This document shows positions 26,451-36,638 of a stretch of 64,000 nucleotides of DNA, piece by piece. Both the position numbers and the translations under genes were made by a program. The notes below the pieces were generated by a model. It was given only the letters and a program-made list of their open reading frames with translations. It did no database searches and was not told the origin of the DNA. The stretch comes from a virus: IMG/VR virus record IMGVR_UViG_3300010397_000004, positions 11,023-75,022 of that record; one strand, written 5' to 3'. Position 1 is the first letter of the stretch. Each line of letters starts with the position of its first letter.

Positions 26451-28114
26451 CGCTCACCCTGACCGACCTGTTCTGTGGCGCCGGCGGCTCCTCATCTGGG
26501 GCCGAGCAGGTACCGGGCGTCCGCGTCCGGATGGCCGCGAACCACTGGGCGCTCGCGGTCGCGACGCACAACGAGAACCTGCCCCACGCCGACCACGACA
26601 CCGCGAACATCAGCCAGGCCGAGCCTCGCCGTTACCCTCGCACGGACCTGCTGTGGGCGTCGCCGGAGTGCACCAACCACTCCCAGGCCAAGGGCAAGCG
26701 GAAGGCCGACCAGCAGCCCGACCTGTTCGGTGAGGTCCTGCCGGACGAGGCGGCCGTCCGGTCCCGGGCCACCATGATGGACGTCCTCCGGTTCGCCGAG
26801 ATCCACCGGTACCGGGCCATCGTGGTCGAGAACGTGGTCGAGGTCCGGGACTGGATCCTGTGGCCAGCGTGGGTGACCGGCCTCGACAACCTGGGGTACG
26901 AGCACGAAGTCGTCTACCTCAACTCGATGCACGCCCAGGCCGGCGGCCGGCCAGCGCCACAGTCCCGCGACCGGCTGTACGTGGTCGCGTGGCGGCGCGG
27001 TGACCGCGCACCGGACCTGACCCGGTGGACCCGCCCGCCAGCGTGGTGCCCGCGGTGCGACGCGGTCGTCCGCCCCATCAAGGCGTGGAAGCGGGTCGAC
27101 CGGCAACGCGGCCGGTACGGGGCGCAGTACGTGTTCCGCTGCCCGGCCGTCGCGTGCCGCGGCGGCGAGGTGTTCCCCGGCGTGCTCCCGGCCGCGGCCG
27201 CGATCGACTGGTCCCTCGCTGGTGAGCGCATCGGCGACCGGGCGAAGCCCCTCGCTTCCAAGACCATGGCGCGCATCGAGGCCGGCCTGCGCCGGTACGC
27301 CCGGGCGCCCTTCCTCACCCCGCTGCGCTCGGGTCGGCCCCGGACGCTCCGGGCCGACCAGCCGTTGGCGACTGTGGTCGCTAACGGATCGAATCACGGC
27401 CTGGTCGACCCGATGCTCGTGCCCACCGTGGCACGAGACCGGGTCCGGGCCCGCCGGGTGGCCGAACCCCTCCGCACTCAGACGGCCCGCCTCGAGGACG
27501 CCTTGGTCGTCCCCCTCCGCGCGCACGGCGTTGCCCGGCCGGCCAGCACCGACCCAGCGCCGACGGTCGCCGCGGCCGGCAACCACCACGCCCTCGTCAT
27601 GCGGAACAACACCGCCCGCGGCGACCAGGGCCAGATGTCCACATCGGTCGACGAACCGCTTCGCACCGTCCTGGCCGAGGCCCGGCAGTCCCTGATCCGG
27701 TGGGACGGCGCCATGGTGATGCGGAACAACGACGGCGGCGCCGAGATGAGCACGCCGGTGACCGAGCCGCTCCGCACGCTGACTGCGGCCGGGCACCAGT
27801 CCGTTGTCCGGTGGGACCACCTGGTGTACGGGTACGACGCCGGCGAGCTCCGCCCCGTCGCTGCGACCTTGCCCACGCAGACCACTGTCCAGGGCGACGC
27901 GCTGCTCGGCCCCGAGGTTGCGATCGACGACTGCACGTTCCGGATGCTGGAGCCGCACGAGATCCAGGCCGCGATGGCGTTCACGCCGACGTACGTGGTC
28001 CTCGGAAACAAGCGGGAGCGCGTCCGCCAGCTGGGCAACGCTGTTACCCCGCCCGCGGCCCGCGACCTCATCTCCGCCGTGGTCGAAGCCCTCACCGGCG
28101 GGGCGGTGGTCTGA
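26447..28114 (+). CDS. C5-cytosine DNA methyltransferase
   Basis: 'DLFCGAGG', 'WASPECT', 'VENV', 'QSRDR', 'QLGNAV'. Confidence 0.93.
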   Translation: MTLTLTDLFCGAGGSSSGAEQVPGVRVRMAANHWALAVATHNENLPHADHDTANISQAEPRRYPRTDLLWASPECTNHSQAKGKRKADQQPDLFGEVLPDEAAVRSRATMMDVLRFAEIHRYRAIVVENVVEVRDWILWPAWVTGLDNLGYEHEVVYLNSMHAQAGGRPAPQSRDRLYVVAWRRGDRAPDLTRWTRPPAWCPRCDAVVRPIKAWKRVDRQRGRYGAQYVFRCPAVACRGGEVFPGVLPAAAAIDWSLAGERIGDRAKPLASKTMARIEAGLRRYARAPFLTPLRSGRPRTLRADQPLATVVANGSNHGLVDPMLVPTVARDRVRARRVAEPLRTQTARLEDALVVPLRAHGVARPASTDPAPTVAAAGNHHALVMRNNTARGDQGQMSTSVDEPLRTVLAEARQSLIRWDGAMVMRNNDGGAEMSTPVTEPLRTLTAAGHQSVVRWDHLVYGYDAGELRPVAATLPTQTTVQGDALLGPEVAIDDCTFRMLEPHEIQAAMAFTPTYVVLGNKRERVRQLGNAVTPPAARDLISAVVEALTGGAVV

Positions 28115-28866
28115 TGCGGCCGTACTACGCCGACGACACCGTGACCCTCTGGCACGGTGACTGCCGCGACCTGGTCCCCGCGCTCGGCCTGACCGCGGAT
28201 TGCATCGTCACCGACCCGCCCTACGGTGAGACCGCGTTGTCCTGGGACGCGTGGCCGACCGGTTGGCTCAAGGCCGTGGCCGGCAGCGCCAGATCGCTGT
28301 GGTGCTTCGGATCGATGCGCATGTTCGGCTTCACCTGGGACGAGTTCTACAGCTCCGGCTGGGCCCTGTCACAGGACATCGTCTGGGAGAAGCACAACGG
28401 GTCCGGGTTCGCCGCCGACCGGTTCAGGCGAGTCCACGAGCACGCCGTCCACTGGTACTCGGGCGCCTGGTCGGACGTCTACCACGAGACCCCGACAACC
28501 GCCGACGCCGTGGTGAAGCAGATCCGCCGCAAGGAACGACCGACCCACATGGGCGACATCGACCGCAGTACCTACGAGAGCGCCGACGGCGGCCCCCGCC
28601 TGATGCGCTCCGTCATCTGGATGCGGTCGATGCACGGCTACGCCACCCACCCCACGGAGAAGCCCGTCGGCATCCTCGACCCGCTGATCCGGTACGCCTG
28701 CCCGCCCGGCGGCGTCGTGCTCGACCCGTTCGCCGGCAGCGGCTCCACGGCCGAGGCGGCCCGGATGACCGGGCGCAAGGCGATCCTCGTCGAGGCCGAC
28801 GAACGGTACTGCGACCTCATCGCTAACCGCCTCGCCCAGGGCGTTCTGATCGAGGACGGTGCCTGA
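28114..28866 (+). CDS. N6-adenine/N4-cytosine DNA methyltransferase (beta class)
   Basis: 'TDPPY', 'HPTEKP', 'LDPFAGSGST'. Confidence 0.93.
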   Translation: MRPYYADDTVTLWHGDCRDLVPALGLTADCIVTDPPYGETALSWDAWPTGWLKAVAGSARSLWCFGSMRMFGFTWDEFYSSGWALSQDIVWEKHNGSGFAADRFRRVHEHAVHWYSGAWSDVYHETPTTADAVVKQIRRKERPTHMGDIDRSTYESADGGPRLMRSVIWMRSMHGYATHPTEKPVGILDPLIRYACPPGGVVLDPFAGSGSTAEAARMTGRKAILVEADERYCDLIANRLAQGVLIEDGA

Positions 28867-29537
28867 TGGTCGACCTCGCCATCCCCGCGTCCTGCGCCGC
28901 CCGGCCTACGGTCGGCGGGGTCGTCGCCCCCTACATCAACCTCCGCCTCGCCGACGGCGGCGTCGACTTCCGCTCGCCCCACCACAAGGCGTACGAGGAA
29001 TGCTGGACGAACTGCTGGTGCCAGGTGTGCGGCCAGCCCACCGGGCGGCCCGCGGTCCTGTTCGGCGGCCCCAACCAGGTCGCCGCCGGCCGGTTCGACG
29101 AACCACCCCTGTGCGCACCGTGCGCGCAGTACGCGTCGAAGGCGTGCCCCATGGTCGCCGGCCGGCAACCCCGCTACGCCGACCGCGCCCGCATCAGCGA
29201 AGGCCGCCGCGGCCACACCTGCCCCGACCCGGGCTGCGGGTGCGGCGGGTTCGTCCCGGTCGACCCCAACCACGGCGACGCCGCCGGCGAGCCCGCCCAC
29301 AACTGGTACGCCGTGTTCATCGACCCGCGCGCCTACCAGGTCACCGCGCACAGGGCCACGGTCCGGTGCTCCGACCTGGGCTGTGAACACGAACGGGTCA
29401 TCGTCAACGGCGGCCAGCTCACCGCAGCCCCGCTGAAGGTGGTGCTGGTGTCCACACAGGACGAAGGCCGGGTGTGGCGGCCGTTGGCGCCGCACGAATG
29501 GCCCACCACCACCTGCACCAGGGAGGCCACATCATGA
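28866..29537 (+). CDS. Cys-rich hypothetical protein
   Basis: 'CQVCG', 'EPPLCAPCAQYASKACPM'; coupled. Confidence 0.7.
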   Translation: MVDLAIPASCAARPTVGGVVAPYINLRLADGGVDFRSPHHKAYEECWTNCWCQVCGQPTGRPAVLFGGPNQVAAGRFDEPPLCAPCAQYASKACPMVAGRQPRYADRARISEGRRGHTCPDPGCGCGGFVPVDPNHGDAAGEPAHNWYAVFIDPRAYQVTAHRATVRCSDLGCEHERVIVNGGQLTAAPLKVVLVSTQDEGRVWRPLAPHEWPTTTCTREATS

Positions 29538-30067
29538 CCGACGTCCGCGGTATCGACCTGTCTCTCACGGCCACCGGCCTCGCCTCGTCGCTGGGCTGGT
29601 GCACCACCGTGGGCTGCGATGGCATTACCGCCCTGCCGCTGCGGGAAAGGGTTCTCGCTCTGCACAAGCTGAAGGCCGAGCTGCTGGAGGCGATCGGCGA
29701 CCCCGGCCTGGTGTGCATCGAAACCCCGGCCCTGTCCAAGGCCCGCGGCGGGGTGTTCGAACGCGGCTGGCTGTGGTTCGCCGTCGTGTCCGCCCTGACC
29801 GCCCGGGATATCCCGGTGATCGGTGTCGGGACGGGCCAGCTGAAGAAGTACGCCACGGGTGACGGCCAGGCCAACAAGGGCAAGGTCATGGTGGCTGTCA
29901 CCCGGCGGTGGCCGCAGTTCGAAACCGGCGGCGACGACAACATGGCCGACGCCGCCGTCCCCGCCGCGATCGGCGCCGACCTGCTCGGCGAACCCCTCGC
30001 CGAGATGCCCGCCACCCACCGGGCTGCCCTGACCAAACTCGACCTGCCGGAAGGACTGGCCCGGTGA
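29534..30067 (+). CDS. RuvC-like Holliday junction resolvase
   Basis: 'GIDLSLTATG', 'CIE', 'LKKYATGDG.ANK', 'DNMADA'. Confidence 0.85.
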   Translation: MTDVRGIDLSLTATGLASSLGWCTTVGCDGITALPLRERVLALHKLKAELLEAIGDPGLVCIETPALSKARGGVFERGWLWFAVVSALTARDIPVIGVGTGQLKKYATGDGQANKGKVMVAVTRRWPQFETGGDDNMADAAVPAAIGADLLGEPLAEMPATHRAALTKLDLPEGLAR

Positions 30068-30720
30068 ACTACACCATGCGCCCGCTCGGCCCGTGGACCG
30101 AACCGGTGACCCAGAACCGGCGCGGCGCCCATGTGTTCAAAGCATCATGGGCCGACACGCTCGACCTGCTGTCCCGCGAACTTGAGCACCTGGGCGCCGA
30201 CGAGGTGATCCTGCAGGTCGACCTGCTCGAGCACCAGTTGCGCCGCGACGGCATGCCCCGCGCCGACGCCAAGATGGGTCCGTTCCCCGGGGTGCGGATC
30301 TCGTTCCAGTCCAAGCACGGGCCGCTCACGTACGCCACCGACGCCCACGAGAACAGCTACTACAACCCCCGTTGCCTCGCCGGGTGGCAGGCCAACGTGC
30401 GGGCCATCGCCCTCGCCTTGGAGGCGCTGCGGGCGGTCGACCGGTACGGAGTGTCCGGCCGGGGCCAGCAGTACACCGGCTGGACCGCCATCGAAGCCAC
30501 CGCCACAGTCTCTGATGTCGCCGCCGCGGCGCTGCTGCTCGACCCCAACGAGCCCGGCCGGCTCATCGGCGCTCCGACCGCGGTCATCACCGGGGCGTTC
30601 ACGGCCGCGGTGCGCCGCCACCACCCGGACTTCGGCGGCGACGGCAACGCGGACATGGCCGCCGTGGTCAGCAAGCTGCGGAACGCCCGGGACCTTCTCC
30701 TCACCGGGACGAAGCAATGA
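30064..30720 (+). CDS. Protein with C-terminal J-domain-like HPD motif
   Basis: 'NVRAIALALEALRAVDRYGV' and 'RRHHPDFGG'. Confidence 0.75.
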   Translation: MNYTMRPLGPWTEPVTQNRRGAHVFKASWADTLDLLSRELEHLGADEVILQVDLLEHQLRRDGMPRADAKMGPFPGVRISFQSKHGPLTYATDAHENSYYNPRCLAGWQANVRAIALALEALRAVDRYGVSGRGQQYTGWTAIEATATVSDVAAAALLLDPNEPGRLIGAPTAVITGAFTAAVRRHHPDFGGDGNADMAAVVSKLRNARDLLLTGTKQ

Positions 30721-30887
30721 GCCTGGCCGGCCGCCACTACCTCGAGCGCGGCCAACCCGTCACGGTGATCTGCGGTTGGGGCCCCGGCGGCGGCCCGCGC
30801 AACGTGTGGATCCGCCGCGCCGACGGCTCCGAAGTCGTGCGGCCCTTCCGGGGTCTACGCCTACCGAAGGACGAGGACCCGGCATGA
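30717..30887 (+). CDS. Small hypothetical protein (56 aa, below ORF-track cutoff)
   Basis: MSLAGRHYLERGQPVTVICGWGPGGGPRNVWIRRADGSEVVRPFRGLR...; ATGA overlaps at both ends. Confidence 0.7.
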   Translation: MSLAGRHYLERGQPVTVICGWGPGGGPRNVWIRRADGSEVVRPFRGLRLPKDEDPA

Positions 30888-31474
30888 CGACCACCGAACC
30901 CGATGAGGCCGACGGCCACCCCGATTCGGTGTGGGTGAGCAGCGACCGCACCGTCGACGACTACTACGTCGCCACCGTCCACCCGAGCAGCGACGTGTCC
31001 ATCCCGCTCACCGCGCACCAGGCCGTCGCGTACGCCATCACCGTCCTGCGGGCCGTCGCCGACGCCGAGTACGACGCCGCCGTCCTCGCCCAGATCACCA
31101 CCGCTACCGGCGGCGACCAACACGCCGCCGCGGCGACCGTCATGCAGCTGCGCGAAGCCCGGCCACCCCGTGACACCGCCCCCACCGCACCACTGGTGTT
31201 CACCCCGATCGTGTCGAAGGCCAACGGCCATCCGTTCGTGCTGGTGCATCTCCATGGTCAGGCCCTCACCCAGTGGACACCCGAGGACGCCCGTGGCCAC
31301 GCCCAGCACGTGCTCGACGTCGCCATCGTCGCCGACCACGACGCCGCCTACCTGCACTACCTGACGTCCGTCGTGGCCCTCGAACCCGAACGGGCCCGGG
31401 TCGCCGTCGACGCCCTACGGCAGCACCGGCACAACCAGCCCACAACCCAGGAAGGAACCACGGATGTCCACTGA
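30884..31474 (+). CDS. Hypothetical protein
   Basis: ATGA-coupled; natural composition. Confidence 0.65.
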   Translation: MTTTEPDEADGHPDSVWVSSDRTVDDYYVATVHPSSDVSIPLTAHQAVAYAITVLRAVADAEYDAAVLAQITTATGGDQHAAAATVMQLREARPPRDTAPTAPLVFTPIVSKANGHPFVLVHLHGQALTQWTPEDARGHAQHVLDVAIVADHDAAYLHYLTSVVALEPERARVAVDALRQHRHNQPTTQEGTTDVH

Positions 31475-31811
31475 GGACACAGGCCGGCAGGTCCAACCGT
31501 TCGCCGGCATCCTGCAGAAGATCGGCAAAGGTGTCGCCCACACCCGCATCTCGGAGGCGATGCAGCAACTCGTAGTCGCCGTCACCGAGACCGGCAAGAA
31601 GGGCACCCTGACCCTCACCGTCACCGTCGAGCAGATGAAGGACGCCGAAACGCTCAGCGTCTCGGCGAACTGCACGGTGAAGCTCCCGCAGGAGCAGCAG
31701 GCGTCGATCTTCTACGCCGACGAGGCCGGCAACCTCACCCGCAACGACCCCCGCCAGACCGCCGTCGACCTCGCCGTCGTCGGCACCGCACGCCGAGGAG
31801 ACACCGCATGA
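31464..31811 (+). CDS. Phage protein usually paired with DUF2303
   Basis: 'VTETGKKGTLTLTV', 'IFYADEAGNLTRNDPRQ'. Confidence 0.8.
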   Translation: MSTEDTGRQVQPFAGILQKIGKGVAHTRISEAMQQLVVAVTETGKKGTLTLTVTVEQMKDAETLSVSANCTVKLPQEQQASIFYADEAGNLTRNDPRQTAVDLAVVGTARRGDTA

Positions 31812-32680
31812 CCAACGACGCCCAGACCATCGTCGACACAGCCCGGCTCGGCGCCATCCCGTCCTCACTGAAACCGGGAACGATCTACACCGTCGCCACC
31901 GCCAACGGCGACGTCAAGCAGATCGACCTCACCGGCGACCAGTACCGCGACTTCCCCGCCCGGATCCGGCAGACCGTCCACCTCACCCACGCGGACAGCT
32001 TGCTCGCCTACTGGGACAAGCACTCCGACCCGGGCTCGGAGGTGTACGCCGACCGGCAGAAGTGCACCATCACCGCGATCCTCGACGCCCACTTCGGGGC
32101 CTATGGCTCGGCCCCCGAGCCGGATGACGGAACCACCGATGAGGAGTTCCGGCCCCGGTGGCAGGCCCACCGCGCCGTCCTCGAACTGACCCTGTCCGAC
32201 CCGCTCAAGGCGTGGATGGGCCGCGACAACCGGTACGACGACCAGGCCGGATTCGCCGAGTTCATCGAGGACTGGCTGCCCTACATCGTCGCCCCCGACT
32301 CCGCCGACCTCCTCGAGATGGTCCAGACGTTCCAAGCCACCACCCGGGCCACGTTCAAGTCCGCGTACAAGCTCGTCAACGGGCAACGCCAGCTCGAGTA
32401 CACCGAGCAGGTCGACGCCACCATGCGCGGCGACGCCATCGTCGTGCCCACCGGCCTGGTCCTGCACATGCCGATATGGCGCGGCGCGGCCGACGGCGTC
32501 GAACTCACCGCCCGGCTGCGGTACCGCGTCAACCACGGGGGCCCCGGCCAACTCGGCATCGGGTTCAAACTCGACCGACCCGGCGACGTCATCGACGCCG
32601 CGTTCGAGGCTGAGGTCGCCGCCGTCGCCGAGCACGTCGGCCGGCCCGTGCTGCGCGGCACCCCCGCCGGCGGCGCCTGA
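31808..32680 (+). CDS. DUF2303 (YfdQ-like) protein
   Basis: 'QAGFAEFIED', 'ADLLEM', 'ARLRYR'. Confidence 0.8.
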   Translation: MTNDAQTIVDTARLGAIPSSLKPGTIYTVATANGDVKQIDLTGDQYRDFPARIRQTVHLTHADSLLAYWDKHSDPGSEVYADRQKCTITAILDAHFGAYGSAPEPDDGTTDEEFRPRWQAHRAVLELTLSDPLKAWMGRDNRYDDQAGFAEFIEDWLPYIVAPDSADLLEMVQTFQATTRATFKSAYKLVNGQRQLEYTEQVDATMRGDAIVVPTGLVLHMPIWRGAADGVELTARLRYRVNHGGPGQLGIGFKLDRPGDVIDAAFEAEVAAVAEHVGRPVLRGTPAGGA

Positions 32681-33006
32681 TGACCCGGGTTGTCACTCTC
32701 GCGGGTGCCTCCGACGACCTCATCGAGGTCGGTGGGGCCATCCGCGAGGAATTCAGCTACCGCGGTGCCCCCAACGAGGGCGACCTGGTCGCATTTTCGG
32801 ACGGCACAGTGCTGCGCATCGTGTTCAGTGAGGCCGGCGAGGACGGGGTGTGGCGTATCACGCCCGTCGCCCGCGGCACGGCCACCCTCGACATCGTCCA
32901 GGCACCCGAAGACGACCCCGCCAACTTCACCGACGTCGCTTCGCTCAGCGGCGTCGAGGTGCGTTGGGCAGTGCACGGCCTCGCGTACGCCAAGGCGGTG
33001 GGGTGA
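32680..33006 (+). CDS. Hypothetical protein
   Basis: 'GASDDLIEVGGAIREEF'; coupled. Confidence 0.75.
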   Translation: MTRVVTLAGASDDLIEVGGAIREEFSYRGAPNEGDLVAFSDGTVLRIVFSEAGEDGVWRITPVARGTATLDIVQAPEDDPANFTDVASLSGVEVRWAVHGLAYAKAVG

Positions 33007-33446
33007 TGGTGGACCTGCCCAACTGGGAAGTCTCGGTCACCATGGTCCGTGGCGCCGGGCGAAGTAGGGAGGAACGCACCTTCCTCGCCGTTCTACCGGC
33101 CGCCACAGAGAAGGCGGCCCTGCGCGGCGGCCAGGACTACGGGCTCGGAATCAACACCGCGTCCGAGCACGAGTGGAAGTCCGCGGGCCGGGACACCTGC
33201 GTAGCCGCCCGCCCGTTCGACGGCGCCAACCTCGACGGGCTCACACCCGAGCAGGCCATGCGGCTCGCCGCGGTCACCGCCGACGCCATCCGCGACGCCG
33301 AACGGCGCGGCGCCCGCGATCAGCTAGGCCCGATCCTGGCCGACCTGCGGGCCAAGCTCGGCGAGGAATACGTCACCGACCCCATCGGCTACCTCGAAAA
33401 CCTGGAGCTGCAGCTGGCCACCCTCGCCGGGGAGGCACCCGAATGA
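33006..33446 (+). CDS. Hypothetical protein
   Basis: TGATG coupling. Confidence 0.6.
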   Translation: MVDLPNWEVSVTMVRGAGRSREERTFLAVLPAATEKAALRGGQDYGLGINTASEHEWKSAGRDTCVAARPFDGANLDGLTPEQAMRLAAVTADAIRDAERRGARDQLGPILADLRAKLGEEYVTDPIGYLENLELQLATLAGEAPE

Positions 33447-33988
33447 CCCGGTACAAACTCCCCGACGAGCTCGGCGGCCGGACCGTCGACGCCGAAGAAA
33501 CGTGGGGCGGGTGCGCCGGCGCCCGCCCCGAATACCGCATCGGCGACATCACCCTGACGATGCCGCCCGGCACGCCGCTGAAGGTCATGCCGCCGGCCGA
33601 ACCGCCACCGGGACCGTACCTCCTCGACGGCGGGGCAGTGGTCATCTGCACCAGCCCCGGCGACTGGTGGGTGCCGAACGGGCGTGGCAACCCCGGTGTG
33701 TTCCGCTACATGTGGCCCGGCTTCTGGGAGAAGTTCGGCGGCCCCGACGTCACCCTGGTGCCCCTCGTGCCCGACCCGGCCGCCGGCGTTCAGCTGCCGT
33801 GGGCGGGCGAATCGGCTGTGCTGGCCACAAGGCTCGGCGTTTGCACCCACGACCCCGGCGAGGGGGGCTCCCTCGTGCAGGAGCTGTACGGCTCCCGCGA
33901 CGCCCTCCTCCACCCCGACACCGCCGAGGCCAAGGGCGCCGCGCTCATCGCCGCGGCCCGGGCCGCCCGAACAGCGGTAGGCACCTGA
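33443..33988 (+). CDS. Hypothetical protein
   Basis: GGAGG RBS, ATGA coupling. Confidence 0.6.
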   Translation: MTRYKLPDELGGRTVDAEETWGGCAGARPEYRIGDITLTMPPGTPLKVMPPAEPPPGPYLLDGGAVVICTSPGDWWVPNGRGNPGVFRYMWPGFWEKFGGPDVTLVPLVPDPAAGVQLPWAGESAVLATRLGVCTHDPGEGGSLVQELYGSRDALLHPDTAEAKGAALIAAARAARTAVGT

Positions 33989-34338
33989 TGACAACCCAAC
34001 GGGCCCGCACCGACCGGGCGCTCAACATCGTGACCAAATGGCGAACCCTGTTCACCGGATGGCAGCTCGGCACCCGACCCAAGGGCGACCCCGAAGGCGA
34101 CGCCGTCCGCGACCACCGCGAGCTGAGCATCCTGCTCCGCGTCGAGTTGACCGCCCTGACCGGGCTGCTCCTGGCCAAGGGCGTGTGCACCGAGGACGAG
34201 TTGCTGGCCGCCTTCGAGCACGAGGCGGAGCTGCTGAACAAGGACTACGAGCGCAGGTTCCCCGGCGTCACCGCGCACGAGGACGGGCTGAACCTCGACC
34301 ATCGGGTCCTGCCCTGGATGAAGGGCTGGCGGCCGTGA
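33988..34338 (+). CDS. Hypothetical protein
   Basis: TGATG coupling; 'KWRTLFTGWQLGTRPKGDPE'. Confidence 0.65.
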   Translation: MTTQRARTDRALNIVTKWRTLFTGWQLGTRPKGDPEGDAVRDHRELSILLRVELTALTGLLLAKGVCTEDELLAAFEHEAELLNKDYERRFPGVTAHEDGLNLDHRVLPWMKGWRP

Positions 34339-34682
34339 CCGCCGCCGACAACCCGTTCGCCGAGTGGTGCCTCGTCGAACTCATGGGCCACCGCCGCGTC
34401 GCCGCGTATGTCACCGAAATCACCCTCGCCGGGGCCGGCATGCTCCGCCTCGACGAACCCGACGGCCGCACCCAGTACGTCAGCCCCACCTCCGTGTACG
34501 CCCTCCACCCCACCACCGAGGACGTGGTCCGGGCCATGGCCGGCCAGTGGCGCGAACCGCCGATCACCCGGTACGAGCTCGAGCAGGCCCAGGCCGCCGA
34601 CGACCCGCCGCCCGAACCGGCCAGCGCCGCCGGGCCGGCCCCGTACGCCAACCCGTGGGGGGAGCCCGAACCACCGTTCTGA
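34335..34682 (+). CDS. Hypothetical phage protein
   Basis: 'WCLVELMGHRRVAAYVTE'; GTGA coupling. Confidence 0.7.
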   Translation: MTAADNPFAEWCLVELMGHRRVAAYVTEITLAGAGMLRLDEPDGRTQYVSPTSVYALHPTTEDVVRAMAGQWREPPITRYELEQAQAADDPPPEPASAAGPAPYANPWGEPEPPF

Positions 34683-34847
34683 CCCCGGGGGCGGCACCGG
34701 TTCGGCACCGACCCGTCCAGCCGGCCAGACACCGCCCCCACCCCGGCACCACGCTGACCGGCGCAACCCCACCACCAGGGGTTGCGCCGCCAGCCTGCAC
34801 CACGCAAAACAGACAAACATCGATCAACAAAAAGGGGGGTGGTGGGC

Positions 34848-36434
34848 GTGAGCCAAGCCGGGCGCCGGGCGGCGCGCGCAGAACCCCGACCCACCGGCCC
34901 GGACACCGTTGACCCGCAGGGCACCCAAACCGCGGCCGAGGCCACCGCCGAACAGGCCGTCCTCGGGGCCATGCTGATCGACCCCACCGTGATCGACACC
35001 GTGACCGCCCGGATCAGTGGCCAGGACTACTACCAACCCCGACACGGGGTCATCCACAACGCCATCGTCGCCGTGTACCTGGCCGGGCGGCGCCCCGACG
35101 CGATCGCTGTGTCCCGCCACCTCACCGCCATGGGCAACATGCGCCTAGTGGCCGGCGGCGACGTGTACCTGTTCGAATGCATCCAGGCCGTACCCACCGC
35201 CGCGAACGCCAGCTACTACGCGGCCCTCATCGCCGACCACGCGCAACGCCGCAACCTGGCCCAGATCGCCGCCCGGCTCTCCCACGCCGCCACCGTCGAA
35301 GACCCCGCCCGGCGCAGCGAACTCGCCGAAGCGGCCCGCATGGAGCTCGACAAGGCCACCACGGTCACCGAGCCGGCCGAGGCGGACACCTGGGCGCCGC
35401 TCGACCTCACCCCCGCCCTCAGCGGCGGTACCCTCACCACCCCGCCCGTCATGCTGGCCCGCACGGACGGCACCAACCTGCTGTACCTCGGCCGAGTCCA
35501 CTCGCTGGCCGGAGAACCCGAAGCCGGCAAAACGTGGGTGGCGCTCGTCGGCGTCGTCCAGGCCCTCCACGACGGGCAACACGTCATCTACCTCGACTTC
35601 GAGGACACCCCGGAGGGCATCGTTAACCGGCTCCTCGCCCTCGGCGCCCACCCCCAACAGATCTCCGCCCAGCTGCACTACGTGCGCCCCGACCGGGCCA
35701 TCGACGGGCCCGCCCGGGCCGGCCTGACCAAACTCATCACCGACCACCCCGTCACCCTGTGCGTTATCGACGGAGTCACCGAAGCCATGACCCTCCACGG
35801 CCTCGACCCGTACAACAACCCCGACGCCGCCCGGTTCTACGAAGCCCTCCCAAGGCCCCTCGTACGGCTCCCCAACGCCCCCGCCGTCCTCCTCATCGAC
35901 CACGTCCCCAAGGACGAAGACCGCCCCAAGCGGTACGCCATCGGCGCGCAACACAAACTCGCCGGCCTCGACGGGGCCGCCTACGTCGTCGACATCGTCC
36001 GACCCTTCGCCCCCGACCAGCCCGGCATCTCCCGAATCCGCGTCGCCAAGGACCGGCCGGGCCAAGTTCGCCGCCACGCCACCGGCGGAGTCATCGCCGA
36101 ACTCCACATGGGCGGCGCCTACCCTGTCGTCACCGCCGAACTCCGCAAACCACTGCCCTCCGCGGCCGCCACAACACCCGACCAACACTGGCGCCCCACC
36201 CTCCTCATGGACCGGGTCAGTGCATGGCTCGAAGTCCACCCCGGGGCATCCCAGAACGAGATCGAAAAGGCCGTCCGGGGCCGTAACACAAACGTCCGCG
36301 CCGCCATCGAAGCACTCACCCTCGAGGGCTACATCCGGCGCGAGCCCGGAGACAACCGTCAATGGAGGCACTACCTCGACAAGCCCTTCCACAACCCCGA
36401 GGCCGGAGACCAAGACATCGATGACGAACGCTAG
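34848..36434 (+). CDS. Replicative helicase-like protein: DnaB N-terminal domain + RecA/AAA_25 ATPase + C-terminal wHTH
   Basis: 'AEQAVLGAML...DYYQPRH..I' DnaB-N; Walker A 'GEPEAGKT'; 'YLDFED'; 'VIDGV'; 'LIDHVPK'. Confidence 0.88.
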   Translation: MSQAGRRAARAEPRPTGPDTVDPQGTQTAAEATAEQAVLGAMLIDPTVIDTVTARISGQDYYQPRHGVIHNAIVAVYLAGRRPDAIAVSRHLTAMGNMRLVAGGDVYLFECIQAVPTAANASYYAALIADHAQRRNLAQIAARLSHAATVEDPARRSELAEAARMELDKATTVTEPAEADTWAPLDLTPALSGGTLTTPPVMLARTDGTNLLYLGRVHSLAGEPEAGKTWVALVGVVQALHDGQHVIYLDFEDTPEGIVNRLLALGAHPQQISAQLHYVRPDRAIDGPARAGLTKLITDHPVTLCVIDGVTEAMTLHGLDPYNNPDAARFYEALPRPLVRLPNAPAVLLIDHVPKDEDRPKRYAIGAQHKLAGLDGAAYVVDIVRPFAPDQPGISRIRVAKDRPGQVRRHATGGVIAELHMGGAYPVVTAELRKPLPSAAATTPDQHWRPTLLMDRVSAWLEVHPGASQNEIEKAVRGRNTNVRAAIEALTLEGYIRREPGDNRQWRHYLDKPFHNPEAGDQDIDDER

Positions 36435-36460
36435 AAATCGGCCCGAAAACGGCCGCCAAC

Positions 36461-36620
36461 CCCGGTGCGTCCCGGTGCGTCCCCGGTGCGTCCCGGACGC
36501 ACCCAGTGCACACCGAGCCAGGTGCGTCCCGCGTCCCCTCCCCCTTCGGGGACGCGGACGCACTTGGCGTCGATCACTGGCAATGGGAATAGATCAACTA
36601 CAGGGCCGGTGCGTCCGCGA
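36461..36620. repeat. Iteron-like GGTGCGTCC repeats, probable replication origin
   Basis: Three tandem ccggtgcgtcc, further copies near 36521 and 36608, inverted ggacgcac copies; directly after the helicase; coincides with the GC-skew flip. Confidence 0.7.
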
Positions 36621-36638
36621 TCTTGAAAGGGGGTGCCC

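Noticed and set aside
26447-28866. Two methyltransferases as a restriction-modification system
   Set aside because: No cognate endonuclease is adjacent; orphan MTases are routine in actinophages.
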